A stretch of DNA of 64,000 nt, taken from assembly GCA_041662745.1 (NCBI GenBank), contig JBAZRV010000001.1, forward strand, positions 69,837 to 133,836, read 5' to 3'. The translations under genes and the position numbers were made by a program. The notes under the pieces are model-generated. The model ran no database searches. It was not told where the DNA came from and saw only the letters and a list, made by a program, of their open reading frames with translations. The stretch comes from Patescibacteria group bacterium. GTDB lineage: Bacteria; Patescibacteriota; Patescibacteriia; 2-01-FULL-39-33. Below, in pieces: positions 19,981 to 29,028 of this stretch. Position 1 is the stretch's first letter; the number at the start of each line of letters is the position of its first letter.

Positions 19981-20526
19981 CTATAGTTCATATTTCCACC
20001 CCGGTTTCCACGCTTTTGTTTTTCTCCAATCTTCTGCAAGCGCTTGTTTCCAAGTTTTGCCTTTCAAGAGTACATCAAGGGCAAGTTGCGGTGCTTTGTG
20101 AGCGACGATAGCTACATGCTTACCTTCGTAGTTCTTTTTTAGAAATTCAAAGAAGTCTGCAACACGAACTTTCACATCCTCGTAACTTTCACCTTCAGGA
20201 AAGGGATTTTCGATGCATTCTTCCTCCTGCATCGGTTCGACAATATTCGATGACGCACCGTTCAGCTTGCCGTAATTACATTCGCGAAGTCTCGCATCAG
20301 GAATGATTTGATATATACCTTCCCACGCAAGCTTTGCAGAATCATGAGCTCGCTTTAGGTCAGAACAGAAAACCACATCAAATTTCTGGTCCTTGGTCTG
20401 ATCTTTGAGCGCAACTGATTGCTGTGCTCCAAGCTCAGAAAGATCAACGTCCTTCCAGCCAGAGGAAATATGCTGTTCGTTGTCAGTTGTGGTTCCGTGT
20501 ACGAAATAAGTAATTTTGATTGCCAT
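19981..20526 (-). CDS. histidine phosphatase superfamily (phosphoglycerate-mutase-like) protein
   Basis: PGM-like layout (FVHGTT...LSELG; FCSDLKRAHDSA; IVAHKAPQLAL). The canonical RHG is VHG here. Confidence 0.5.
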   Translation of the reverse strand: MAIKITYFVHGTTTDNEQHISSGWKDVDLSELGAQQSVALKDQTKDQKFDVVFCSDLKRAHDSAKLAWEGIYQIIPDARLRECNYGKLNGASSNIVEPMQEEECIENPFPEGESYEDVKVRVADFFEFLKKNYEGKHVAIVAHKAPQLALDVLLKGKTWKQALAEDWRKTKAWKPGWKYEL

Positions 20527-20529
20527 AAA

Positions 20530-20853
20530 TTATTCAACAGTTAGACGACAGACATTGAATCCATCTTTGCTTTTACAACCAACCCCACACTCATAGTCAC
20601 CGCGATCTAAATTAGGATCGCCCTTTGCGGTTGCAGAATCTTCCACCCAATCACGACAAGCCTGAACTGAACCGACATCTATTTCGCTTTCCCATTCGGT
20701 GAGATTATTGACGTCAGGATAATAGAAGGCATCCACTTTCTCCCATGGGGCATTACTATCTGCCCAAAAAATACCCGCCAAGAACCCCGGAGCAGCAGAA
20801 AGCACCCAAACTACGAGCACTACTCCTAAGATCCATTTAATAGCTGTTTTCAT
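20530..20853 (-). CDS. small secreted hypothetical protein
   Basis: Signal peptide (MKTAIKWILGVVLVVWVLSAAPG) and a Cys-containing C-terminus. Confidence 0.45.
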   Translation of the reverse strand: MKTAIKWILGVVLVVWVLSAAPGFLAGIFWADSNAPWEKVDAFYYPDVNNLTEWESEIDVGSVQACRDWVEDSATAKGDPNLDRGDYECGVGCKSKDGFNVCRLTVE

Positions 20854-20895
20854 ATGGTTATATGACTGGCTTTAAAAAGTTCAAAGTTGCCAATC

Positions 20896-20986
20896 TGGCG
20901 GAGAGGGGGAGATTCGAACTCCCGAGGGGCTATAAACCCCTGCCGCTTTTCGAGAGCGGTACCTTCAACCACTCAGACACCTCTCC
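20896..20986 (-). tRNA. tRNA-Ser(CGA), CCA encoded
   Basis: Reverse complement GGAGAGGTGTCTGAGTGGTTGAAGGTACCGCTCTCGAAAAGCGGCAGGGGTTTATAGCCCCTCGGGAGTTCGAATCTCCCCCTCTCCGCCA. It has a long variable arm and anticodon loop CTCGAAA. Confidence 0.85.
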
Positions 20987-20994
20987 AAAATAAA

Positions 20995-22290
20995 TCACTT
21001 CTTATACCTGATGTTTAAGGTTGATACGGCCAGAAGTATCCAAACCAATAAAGACAAGTCATTCTTAAAATAAGGCACGTCCACCAATCCATGGATCACG
21101 ATTTCCAAAGCTACGGCCATAAAAACCACGCTGGCAATCTTATCAAACGGCCATTCCTGGCTGTAGCGCCAAACAATGGAAAAAATATTCTTCAGATTGT
21201 CATAAACAAACTTGCCCGCCAGCCACAAAAAAGCGCCGATACCCAAAACTCCGACTTCGCTCCAAAAATTAAACAGAATATTGTGCGGGTAAGGAAACAC
21301 CTCAAACCAATGGGTATGATAAGGCAAAATAGAGGCCGGATAGCCGGCCAAACCGCCGCCGAAAAACCAATGATCCTTAAGCATCTGCCGGGTTTCGCCC
21401 CAGATTAACCGGCGGATAAAACCGGAGTAATCCTGCAAGGATACCTTTTGCCAAATCAAATCGCGCCAACCGCTGTTAAGCAGAACAATTGTAGCGGAAA
21501 AGACCAAAAATATCAAGGCATAGCCGCGGGAACGGCGGTTAAACAAAAGCAGTAAGAAACTGACTGCTAAAACAGCCAGGATAGCGCCCTCTGATTGCGC
21601 CAAGACAATAACGCTGAAGCCGACGATAATAACCAGCCATTTCAGCCACTGTCGCTGGCGGTTGGACAGATAAAGCAACAGCGAATCTTGGTTGCGATAA
21701 AACAAAAAACCGACGAAGGCGATAATAATCGGCCCGAAAAACAAGCCCAGGGCGTTGGGGTAACCATAAGTGCCGACCACCCGGTCAACGCTGCCGGTAG
21801 CGGTTAAAAACGCTTGGGGCACACCCCAACCGGTGAGTTTTTGCGCGTAACAAATCAGTCCCATGTATAACACCGACAAGCCCAAACTCCAAAAAACCCC
21901 CTCTATCTGCCGGCGGACATCAACTAATGAAATCAAAATGAAATAAAACATGATCGGCTCCGCAAAATACGCTTTCCAGGCGCCTAAGGCCTTTAACGGC
22001 AGAGGCGAGACAAAAACCGCAATCGTAACAGCAATCAAAACCGCCAAGGCCGGATAAAACAAAGGATCGGATTTGATGACCGACCAATGGAAGTTCCTTT
22101 TCAATAAAACGACAATAAATAAAATCAGCACCATTGCCTCCAGCCAAGTAAAAGGAATGGTAAAAATCTGAAAACGCACGACATAGGTCGGCAATAAGGC
22201 AGTAATCAGGTAAGCGGCCCATAACGGACGAAAATAGGCCAGAAAGAAAAACAGGATAGCGGCCAAACCGATAAGGAACATTGACGCCAT
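20995..22290 (-). CDS. O-antigen ligase-like (Wzy_C family) polytopic membrane protein
   Basis: About 12 TM helices with a large periplasmic loop, the architecture of O-antigen ligase/polymerase-like proteins. Confidence 0.45.
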   Translation of the reverse strand: MASMFLIGLAAILFFFLAYFRPLWAAYLITALLPTYVVRFQIFTIPFTWLEAMVLILFIVVLLKRNFHWSVIKSDPLFYPALAVLIAVTIAVFVSPLPLKALGAWKAYFAEPIMFYFILISLVDVRRQIEGVFWSLGLSVLYMGLICYAQKLTGWGVPQAFLTATGSVDRVVGTYGYPNALGLFFGPIIIAFVGFLFYRNQDSLLLYLSNRQRQWLKWLVIIVGFSVIVLAQSEGAILAVLAVSFLLLLFNRRSRGYALIFLVFSATIVLLNSGWRDLIWQKVSLQDYSGFIRRLIWGETRQMLKDHWFFGGGLAGYPASILPYHTHWFEVFPYPHNILFNFWSEVGVLGIGAFLWLAGKFVYDNLKNIFSIVWRYSQEWPFDKIASVVFMAVALEIVIHGLVDVPYFKNDLSLLVWILLAVSTLNIRYKK

Positions 22291-22296
22291 ATGATT

Positions 22297-23718
22297 TTAT
22301 ATTTTTTTTAATTTAATCATGTCCAGCACTTCGCTCTTATTATAACCCCTAAACAAATAGAGGGCCAAAAAATAAATAATCGCGCCGGCCAGCACTAAAG
22401 TCAAAATATTCTGATTCAATAACGGATATAAACATAAACCCATAACCGCCGAAGCCAGGACGGCTTTCCAAAAAGCCCTTAAACTAATCCTGGTTTTGGT
22501 TTCGCGACGCAAAATATAAAAAGCCGATAAAGTGATGATCGCTTCCGTTGCTACGGTCAGGATTGCCCCAGCCCAATAAGAGAATATGGGAATAAAAATC
22601 AAATAAGCGGCCAAAGAGAACACGGCGTCAAAAAGATAAAAGCTGATCATTTTCTTCTGCAGACCGCAGGCCACAATGGCATAGCCGGCCAAAGCGCCGA
22701 AATAAATCATGGCCGCTCCGACGATCAAAATCCTTAACGGTCCGGCGGCGATAATAAAATCCGCTCCGGCCACAAACCCCATAATTTTTTCCGCTAACAG
22801 CCAAGTGGCTATGACCATGGGTACGGCCAAAATAGCCATAAAATCAAAAGACTTTTGCAGGGTCTTTTCAAACAGCCCTTTGCTGGTCAAATAAAACTCG
22901 GTTAACAGAGGCAAAATCAAACCGAGAAACAAGTAAGGAAACTGAATCAGCGTTTCCAACACCTTATAGGCCGCGCCATAAATGCCGACATCTTCAGCCG
23001 GCCGAACCAAAGATAAAATAATCGTATCGGCGCGAAAATACACCAGGGTCAAAGAAATGGTAATGGCTAACGGCCAGGACACTTCCCATATCTGCCGCCA
23101 AACTTTAAAATCCGCTTCCAATCTCAAACTCAAATGTTTGCGCGCTTTGATTGCCAAATATAAAAAGTTCACCAGACTGCCCAAAGACACGGCGGCAATG
23201 ACAGCCAACAACCCCAAATCGGCGGCAACAGCCAGCCAGACGCCAAGAAGTAAAATAAACCTGCCCCAAACTTCGGCAATGGCCACTTCCGCCATAGCCA
23301 TCTGCTTCTGATATAGGCCGATCAAAACCGATTGCAAAGAAATGAAGAAAAAGGAGAGGGAGGCCACGCCGACACCCAGCTTAACGGCCAACGGATAAGG
23401 TAAAAACCAAATCAGGGCCGAGGCCGTACCCAAAAAAACTACGGCGGAAAGCAGGCGGACAGTCAGGATATTGGCAAAAATCTTATGTTGATTCGCACCG
23501 GGACGAGAAAGCATCTGGGCGGTAGTCATCTGCAGGCCGAAATCAATCAAGACGCCAAAAAACTGCAAAAAAGAAATAACGGTGGTGTAATAACCGAAAC
23601 CTTCACGCCCCAAATAACGCGTCATCAAAGCGATAGTGACCAAACCCAAAACCGTACCGGCGATTTTGCCGCTGATTTGCCAAAAAGTATTCTGCGCGAT
23701 TTTTGCCGCTAAACCCAT
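22297..23718 (-). CDS. polysaccharide biosynthesis protein / oligosaccharide flippase (MOP/Wzx family)
   Basis: 473 aa with about 14 TM helices and an N-terminus typical of Wzx-like flippases. Confidence 0.6.
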   Translation of the reverse strand: MGLAAKIAQNTFWQISGKIAGTVLGLVTIALMTRYLGREGFGYYTTVISFLQFFGVLIDFGLQMTTAQMLSRPGANQHKIFANILTVRLLSAVVFLGTASALIWFLPYPLAVKLGVGVASLSFFFISLQSVLIGLYQKQMAMAEVAIAEVWGRFILLLGVWLAVAADLGLLAVIAAVSLGSLVNFLYLAIKARKHLSLRLEADFKVWRQIWEVSWPLAITISLTLVYFRADTIILSLVRPAEDVGIYGAAYKVLETLIQFPYLFLGLILPLLTEFYLTSKGLFEKTLQKSFDFMAILAVPMVIATWLLAEKIMGFVAGADFIIAAGPLRILIVGAAMIYFGALAGYAIVACGLQKKMISFYLFDAVFSLAAYLIFIPIFSYWAGAILTVATEAIITLSAFYILRRETKTRISLRAFWKAVLASAVMGLCLYPLLNQNILTLVLAGAIIYFLALYLFRGYNKSEVLDMIKLKKI

Positions 23719-23727
23719 AAATTAATT

Positions 23728-24747
23728 TTATTGCGCCCAAAGTTTTTTCGTCTCATCCCAATAGCCGTGATAATCCTTTTCCGTTTTCATGTAATACCAC
23801 CATTCCGCGCCCCACAAATAAGCCTCATCAAAACCGGCGCGGCGGGTAAAGGAAATGTTTTCTTTGAGTTGCTGCAAGCTCATGGACAAATTATGGTCGG
23901 CCAAGGACATCTGAGCCAAATTGACATTGGGCTTATGCCAGCTTTCCGCTTGCAATTCGGCCACAATGACTTTTTGGATCGGCGTAAACCATTTTATCAA
24001 CTGCACCCGCGCCCAATAAAAGGCCGGGGGCGTAAACCAACGGAAATAGCCGATTTGCGGATTATACACCACGCGATACAAAGTTGATCCCAAAACTTCT
24101 CCGCCGACATGGGAAATCGGCCACCAAGTGGACAACTCGCCGCTGTCGGTGACTAAAATCGGCTTAGCTGTCAATTTTTTTACTTGAGCAATCTCCTCTT
24201 TTAACAACGGTTTGTTGGGTGGCGGACAGATGCCGAAAGTGGACAGAAACGGTTCATTCTCCACTTGGAAATATTTGATCTGCTGGTTATCCTTATATCT
24301 GCCGACCACCGCCTGGACGAACTTTAACTGGACTTCTTCGGCGTCAATCGCTTTCAAATCCTTAAGCCAAATCGGATCGTGGCATTCCGGCCAACGCGGC
24401 AAACGGCGCCCGACCGCCAAAACTATTTTTATCTGACGTTTGGACGCCTCGTTAATCTGCCAATCCAAATCCTTAAAATCATAACGGCCCCTGACCGTCT
24501 CAACCTGATTCCAATAAGCGGACAAGCGAATATTATCAACTTTCAAATCATCTAGAATGGCCAGATATGTTTTTTGCCAATCCAATCCTAATTCGGTCTG
24601 CGCATAGACCGAAGAAAAAGTTACGCCCCACTCCAGATGCCTCCGAGAAAAATCAAGGGAATAACTGGCTATTATCCCGCCGATTAAAGCCAATAAAATT
24701 ATGCAAACTGTCGCTAAAAACCAATGGCGACGCAAAAAAAATATCAT
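23728..24747 (-). CDS. membrane-anchored glycoside hydrolase-like protein (clan GH-A TIM barrel, tentative)
   Basis: N-terminal TM anchor and a candidate catalytic acid/base motif (FQVENEPF, the NEP of clan GH-A). Confidence 0.4.
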   Translation of the reverse strand: MIFFLRRHWFLATVCIILLALIGGIIASYSLDFSRRHLEWGVTFSSVYAQTELGLDWQKTYLAILDDLKVDNIRLSAYWNQVETVRGRYDFKDLDWQINEASKRQIKIVLAVGRRLPRWPECHDPIWLKDLKAIDAEEVQLKFVQAVVGRYKDNQQIKYFQVENEPFLSTFGICPPPNKPLLKEEIAQVKKLTAKPILVTDSGELSTWWPISHVGGEVLGSTLYRVVYNPQIGYFRWFTPPAFYWARVQLIKWFTPIQKVIVAELQAESWHKPNVNLAQMSLADHNLSMSLQQLKENISFTRRAGFDEAYLWGAEWWYYMKTEKDYHGYWDETKKLWAQ

Positions 24748-24772
24748 AGTATTTAATGGATTACTGATTGTT

Positions 24773-25666
24773 TCATAAGGCTAAAATAGCCAGGCCCGCG
24801 ACAATGAAAGCCGTAGCAATAATTTTCTGCCACAAAATTTTCCTAGTCATTTTTTCTTTCATGGCGCCGGGTTGGATCCTTTGCACTGCTATGACAATAA
24901 GCAATAAAAAGACATACTGCAATCCTTGCAGGGCATTAATGATAGCCGTCGCGCCGACAGAAATGGCGATGGCAAAATTAACCAAGATTGACGATAGGGC
25001 GCCCGAAGTCTGACCGAAAAGCAAAAGTCCGCTGGTCTGTTTCTGGGGACGGCGCACGACGGCAAAAAAAGAGCGTCGATGGCGCGGCCAGGCAAACAGG
25101 CATAAGGCGAATAATAAGGCGCCGAGACGCGTCATGACAAAGGGCGTGATAAAACTACCTTGAGAATTGTAAGCGTATTTGGCGATAATCAACGAGACGG
25201 CAAACAGTATGGCGGAAAAAATAGCGGCGCCATAAGCGACTTTGTCGGCCTTACCCTTGCCATAAGAAATCAGCACCGTGCCCATGATGATAACAAAAAA
25301 AGCCAACAAAAATTTTTCAGATACGGCCTCACCGACGAACAGCCAAGCCAAAGGCAAAACGATTAAAGGTTGCAAACCGCCTAAAAAAGGAATGATGCGC
25401 GAAGCCTCGCCTCTGTTTAGGGCGACAAACATCAGATAAATTCCGGCGCCGAATAAAAAACCGGAAATCAACTCCCAAGCCAATTGCGAGCCGGTCGGCT
25501 GGGACCAATCAAACGGCAAAAGCACCAGCGCCAGAATTCCCAAAAAAGAAATGATGATGGTATAAACGGCGGGATTGGGAATTTTTTTATTGAGCAGGAA
25601 TTTATCAGTCGCCAGAGCGGCGGCGTTTAGGGCGTACGAAATAATAGTAATAGGCAACCAAAACAT
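24773..25666 (-). CDS. EamA/DMT family transporter
   Basis: Ten TM helices with a duplicated EamA-like topology. Confidence 0.6.
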   Translation of the reverse strand: MFWLPITIISYALNAAALATDKFLLNKKIPNPAVYTIIISFLGILALVLLPFDWSQPTGSQLAWELISGFLFGAGIYLMFVALNRGEASRIIPFLGGLQPLIVLPLAWLFVGEAVSEKFLLAFFVIIMGTVLISYGKGKADKVAYGAAIFSAILFAVSLIIAKYAYNSQGSFITPFVMTRLGALLFALCLFAWPRHRRSFFAVVRRPQKQTSGLLLFGQTSGALSSILVNFAIAISVGATAIINALQGLQYVFLLLIVIAVQRIQPGAMKEKMTRKILWQKIIATAFIVAGLAILAL

Positions 25667-25824
25667 AAATAATTTTTAGGAATTACAAACTTTTTATTTT
25701 TTTATAAATAACCTCTAATTTTTCCTTTTAACCTATATATCATACCATAATCCGTCATTTTGCGCCAAACAAAAAACGACTCCCGCCGGCACGACAAATA
25801 GCGGGAGCCGAAAACAAGTTGCTA

Positions 25825-26874
25825 TTATGGCTGAAGGATCTGATCTTGCTGGCAATTGCCGTCAATGCAGATCTTGACTGACTGGACTTGGGCAAATTGC
25901 ATCAGGGTATTGGTGATTTGCGACCTGATGGCGGTAACGGCGCAAGAACCGGCGGCCTTGTCCAATTGGGAATCAAAATTCACTTCCAATGTCCCGTCAT
26001 CATCAAGCTTAACATATTTTAAGCGGGTTCCCAAGGGAATGGCGGAATAATAGCCGGCGGCTTTGTCTGCGGAGGACAATGGTTGCAACAAACCGATTAC
26101 CGTATTAACGATATTGGAATCAAACTTATCATCAATCTCCCTCTCCAAGGGTTCCACTTTGGAGCAATCGCTGGAATTGGCATTTTTAACCGTATTGCTA
26201 TAATAAGCGATGACTTTTGTTGTCGGCCAGACCGGCACATCGTCACTGGTTACATTGACTTTTATTTCTTCGGGAACTTCTTCAATAATGCTGACTTTGC
26301 CATCCTCCAGCGTTGTGGAGACTCTGACCGAACCATCGCCTTCGGCGACCTGGCCTTGGCTCATATTGCTGACAATCAGCCAAATAACCGCAATAACTAT
26401 AAGCAAAGCAATCACTGCAGCCGCGATAGTCTTTGGCTGCGGCCGATCGGATTTGATAATTCCTTCTTTTTCAATTCGTTCCGGCTGTTTTTCCATTTCA
26501 ACCTCCGGCTTCTCCTTGACTTCATCCGGTTCTTTTACCGGTTCGTTACTTTTCGCGACCGGCGTTGTCTCGGCTTCCGGCTTAATTTCAGCCTTGCTCG
26601 TTGACGCCTCATTCTCCATGGCCGACGCTATTTCAGTTGTCACCGCCTCATCTATCGTTTCAATCGGTTTGTTTGATTCCTCCGCCACGGATTTTTCCGC
26701 AATAGCCCCTCCGGTTTCCTCTGCTTTTATTTCCTCTGTCTCCGCCATGGTTTCTAACGGAGCCGATTCTGCCACCGAAACAACGGTATCGTCAACCGGC
26801 GCAATCGCCTGTTCTTGATTATCCGGTTGGCCGTCAAGAGGCAAGGCGGATTGGGTTTTTTCTTCTTCAGTCAT
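25825..26874 (-). CDS. membrane-anchored protein with a C-terminal GerMN-like domain
   Basis: Acidic N-terminus, a TM helix (IAAAVIALLIVIAVIWLIV), and a C-terminal region resembling GerMN (LEVNFDSQLDKAAGSCAVTAIRSQITNTL). Confidence 0.4.
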   Translation of the reverse strand: MTEEEKTQSALPLDGQPDNQEQAIAPVDDTVVSVAESAPLETMAETEEIKAEETGGAIAEKSVAEESNKPIETIDEAVTTEIASAMENEASTSKAEIKPEAETTPVAKSNEPVKEPDEVKEKPEVEMEKQPERIEKEGIIKSDRPQPKTIAAAVIALLIVIAVIWLIVSNMSQGQVAEGDGSVRVSTTLEDGKVSIIEEVPEEIKVNVTSDDVPVWPTTKVIAYYSNTVKNANSSDCSKVEPLEREIDDKFDSNIVNTVIGLLQPLSSADKAAGYYSAIPLGTRLKYVKLDDDGTLEVNFDSQLDKAAGSCAVTAIRSQITNTLMQFAQVQSVKICIDGNCQQDQILQP

Positions 26875-26886
26875 ATATTTTTATAG

Positions 26887-27150
26887 CTAATTGACTAATA
26901 ACAGCTTGGCCAAATTATATACCATTACCGCCAAACCCGCAAGAAAAGAAAAAAACATCAATTTTCTCATATAAACGGCGGGTTCGCCATCTATATTATG
27001 GGTTAAATAATAAATCAAGGCGCAAGCGCCGAGAAACAAGACGGAAAACATGACCAGACCGAACACTTTATTGCCCCAAATAAAAATCAAAGCCGCTAAA
27101 ATCAATAGGGCGTAAAAAACATAAATTGCCGAAGAGATGACTATTTCCAT
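26887..27150 (-). CDS. small integral membrane protein (87 aa)
   Basis: Three hydrophobic helices. No homology recognised. Confidence 0.35.
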   Translation of the reverse strand: MEIVISSAIYVFYALLILAALIFIWGNKVFGLVMFSVLFLGACALIYYLTHNIDGEPAVYMRKLMFFSFLAGLAVMVYNLAKLLLVN

Positions 27151-27240
27151 ATAATCTTAATTTAGGTTAAAAATACGGATCAGTCAAGGGTAATAAACAA
27201 AAAAATAATAAAAACCGCCATAGAGACAGCTCAGGGACGG

Positions 27241-27267
27241 TTTTTTAATTAAGCGGGTAAGGAGAGT
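27241..27267. repeat. 27-bp direct-repeat copy of the tRNA-Gly 3' end plus its flank (att-like scar)
   Basis: TTTTTTAATTAAGCGGGTAAGGAGAGT is identical to 27452..27478, which overlaps the 3' end of the tRNA-Gly gene. Confidence 0.6.
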
Positions 27268-27435
27268 TATTCGCTCTCACCAGCCGCCAAAAAGCGGCAG
27301 GTTCGTTTGTCCTGGGTAGCCGCCGGACGCTCCCAATGGTCGCGTCTGTCGTCGCTCGATTACTCGGTTTCGCTTCCGCTGCACCTCACATCTCGCTCGC
27401 TACCTAGTTCGACTCTCGCCATCTGTAATTAAAAA

Positions 27436-27460
27436 ACCGCCCAATGGGCGGTTTTTTAAT
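27436..27460. terminator. intrinsic terminator hairpin (CCGCCCAATGGGCGG) flanked by A and T tracts
   Basis: Perfect 6-bp GC stem directly downstream of the tRNA-Gly 3' end. Confidence 0.55.
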
Positions 27461-27462
27461 TA

Positions 27463-27534
27463 AGCGGGTAAGGAGAGTCGAACTCCTGTCACGAGTTTGG
27501 AAAACTCGGATAATAACCGTTATATGATACCCGC
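27463..27534 (-). tRNA. tRNA-Gly(TCC), no encoded CCA
   Basis: Reverse complement GCGGGTATCATATAACGGTTATTATCCGAGTTTTCCAAACTCGTGACAGGAGTTCGACTCTCCTTACCCGCT. Anticodon loop TTTCCAA, T-loop TTCGACT. Confidence 0.85.
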
Positions 27535-27576
27535 AATCTGGGGTTATATTAACATAAATCATCAGAATAATCAAGC

Positions 27577-27605
27577 TTGACAAATAATCGGTTTTAATAT
27601 TAAAT
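27577..27605 (+). promoter_or_regulatory. sigma70-like promoter (TTGACA, 17-nt spacer, TTAAAT)
   Basis: Consensus -35 with an AT-rich -10, about 45 nt upstream of the 27651 start codon. Confidence 0.4.
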
Positions 27606-27650
27606 ACAAGAATAAGATGAACTTTGACAAAAATTGAAGGGGGGGTAAAA

Positions 27651-27941
27651 ATGGCTTCAAAGAAAAAAATTTTAGTTGAATGGCTACGGGAAGAATCTGT
27701 CTGTCCTGATGATCGCTCGCCACACTTCGGAAAATTCTGTCTCTGCGCGATATGCCGGCCCGAGAATTATTGTATCCCGGACGGAGGCGGTTGCGTAGAA
27801 TGCGACGGACCGGTTACCGAATGTGGCGGACCCACCGCCAAAGAAGAGGAAGAGGAGGAGAAAAACAGGTATGCTTACGAAAATCAACAACTAAGACAAG
27901 GCGAGGAGACAAACCATGACCACCGTCCTACCCAAAAATAA
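27651..27941 (+). CDS. small Cys-rich hypothetical protein (96 aa) with a poly-Glu tract
   Basis: Trimmed from the TTG start in the track to the ATG at 27651, which has a GAAGGGGGGG SD. It has 10 Cys in CPDD...CLCAICRPENYCIPDGGGCVECDGPVTECGGP. Confidence 0.5.
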   Translation: MASKKKILVEWLREESVCPDDRSPHFGKFCLCAICRPENYCIPDGGGCVECDGPVTECGGPTAKEEEEEEKNRYAYENQQLRQGEETNHDHRPTQK

Positions 27942-28329
27942 AAAATCAGCCAAAAATGCAACCGCGTCTTTCGGTCAGATCTGCGCCATTTGCAAGCATC
28001 AAGATCAAGGCGGTCTTCACCCTGATCCTAACGGCAGCATAAGGATAAAAATAAAAAGGGCCGGCCAAGAATTTCATTTGTGCGAACATTGCGTCCGAGA
28101 AACCATCAACGCCGAACGACGACGCATCTATAGGCAAAATCATTGGGCGCTTAACGAGTTGAAAAGGATAAAAAAACATAAAAATCGTCCAAGTAGCATC
28201 AAAATAACAACCCAACAATCAACTCCACGGCAACCCACGGATGATGAACTGATTGACCAAATCATGGAACGCAGTCCTCACCGATCGCGGCCCATCCATC
28301 CCGGCGCCGAAAGATTCCGACGGGATTAA
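27916..28329 (+). CDS. zinc-ribbon-like small basic protein (137 aa)
   Basis: CAICKHQ...HLCEHC motif. GGAGA SD. Overlaps the upstream gene by 26 nt. Confidence 0.45.
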   Translation: MTTVLPKNKKSAKNATASFGQICAICKHQDQGGLHPDPNGSIRIKIKRAGQEFHLCEHCVRETINAERRRIYRQNHWALNELKRIKKHKNRPSSIKITTQQSTPRQPTDDELIDQIMERSPHRSRPIHPGAERFRRD

Positions 28330-28354
28330 GCCAAAAAAGAGAGGGGAAACAGCA

Positions 28355-28573
28355 ATGCCAAAACTAAACATTACGGCTGAGGTTGTAATTGAATTACAAG
28401 ATGAAAGTCCAAATAGAAATGCCCGGATAGAAATTAAAACGACTGATACCTTGCTTGGCCTTTATGAAGCGGTAACGGTTTCGCAAAAAGACGCTGATGG
28501 CAAAACTTATCCGATTATTATCTTTAGGGAAATACCCATCGTAGAAGGATCGCCCTTAGAATCAACTTATTAG
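28355..28573 (+). CDS. small hypothetical protein (72 aa)
   Basis: Trimmed to the ATG at 28355, which has an AGAGGGGAAAC SD. Confidence 0.4.
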   Translation: MPKLNITAEVVIELQDESPNRNARIEIKTTDTLLGLYEAVTVSQKDADGKTYPIIIFREIPIVEGSPLESTY

Positions 28574-28626
28574 TTATAAGTGCTTTATCAATCAATTGAT
28601 TTAGTGGCCGAAAGGATACTAAAACC

Positions 28627-28848
28627 ATGCAAAAACACCCTGTACAAGAAAATCATCATGAAAAAGAAGTTTGGGTTAACCAAAATACGGAATCACTTCG
28701 ACGAGAAGAATGCCTTTGTTTAAATTGTAGCGACCTAAAATCCGAAAAACCTGATGGCTGCCCGGTAGCTAAAAGATTATATGAGATTTGTCTGGGGGCT
28801 AACATTGCCCTAGCGGTAACACGTTGCCCCTATTGGGTTAATAACTGA
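28627..28848 (+). CDS. small Cys-containing hypothetical protein (73 aa)
   Basis: CLCLNC...DGCP...RCPYW motif. Followed by a terminator hairpin at about 28866..28897. Confidence 0.4.
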   Translation: MQKHPVQENHHEKEVWVNQNTESLRREECLCLNCSDLKSEKPDGCPVAKRLYEICLGANIALAVTRCPYWVNN

Positions 28849-29028
28849 AATTAAAAGGTACTTTATTAGAGCGACTTGTTCGCTCTTTTTTTATTAACAT
28901 AAACGACTACAACTGTCGAAAATTTTCGACAGGAATCAGCTAATTTTTAAAAAACACTGATAAATAATCATTTATAAACAAAAAACTGTCGAAAAACTTC
29001 GACAGCTTCATTGATTTAGCTACACAAT

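Noticed and set aside
27269-27451. Integrated mobile element between the tRNA-Gly att-like direct repeats.
   Set aside because: The enclosed segment is only 183 bp, non-coding and lacks an integrase. It is reported as a scar or remnant rather than an element.
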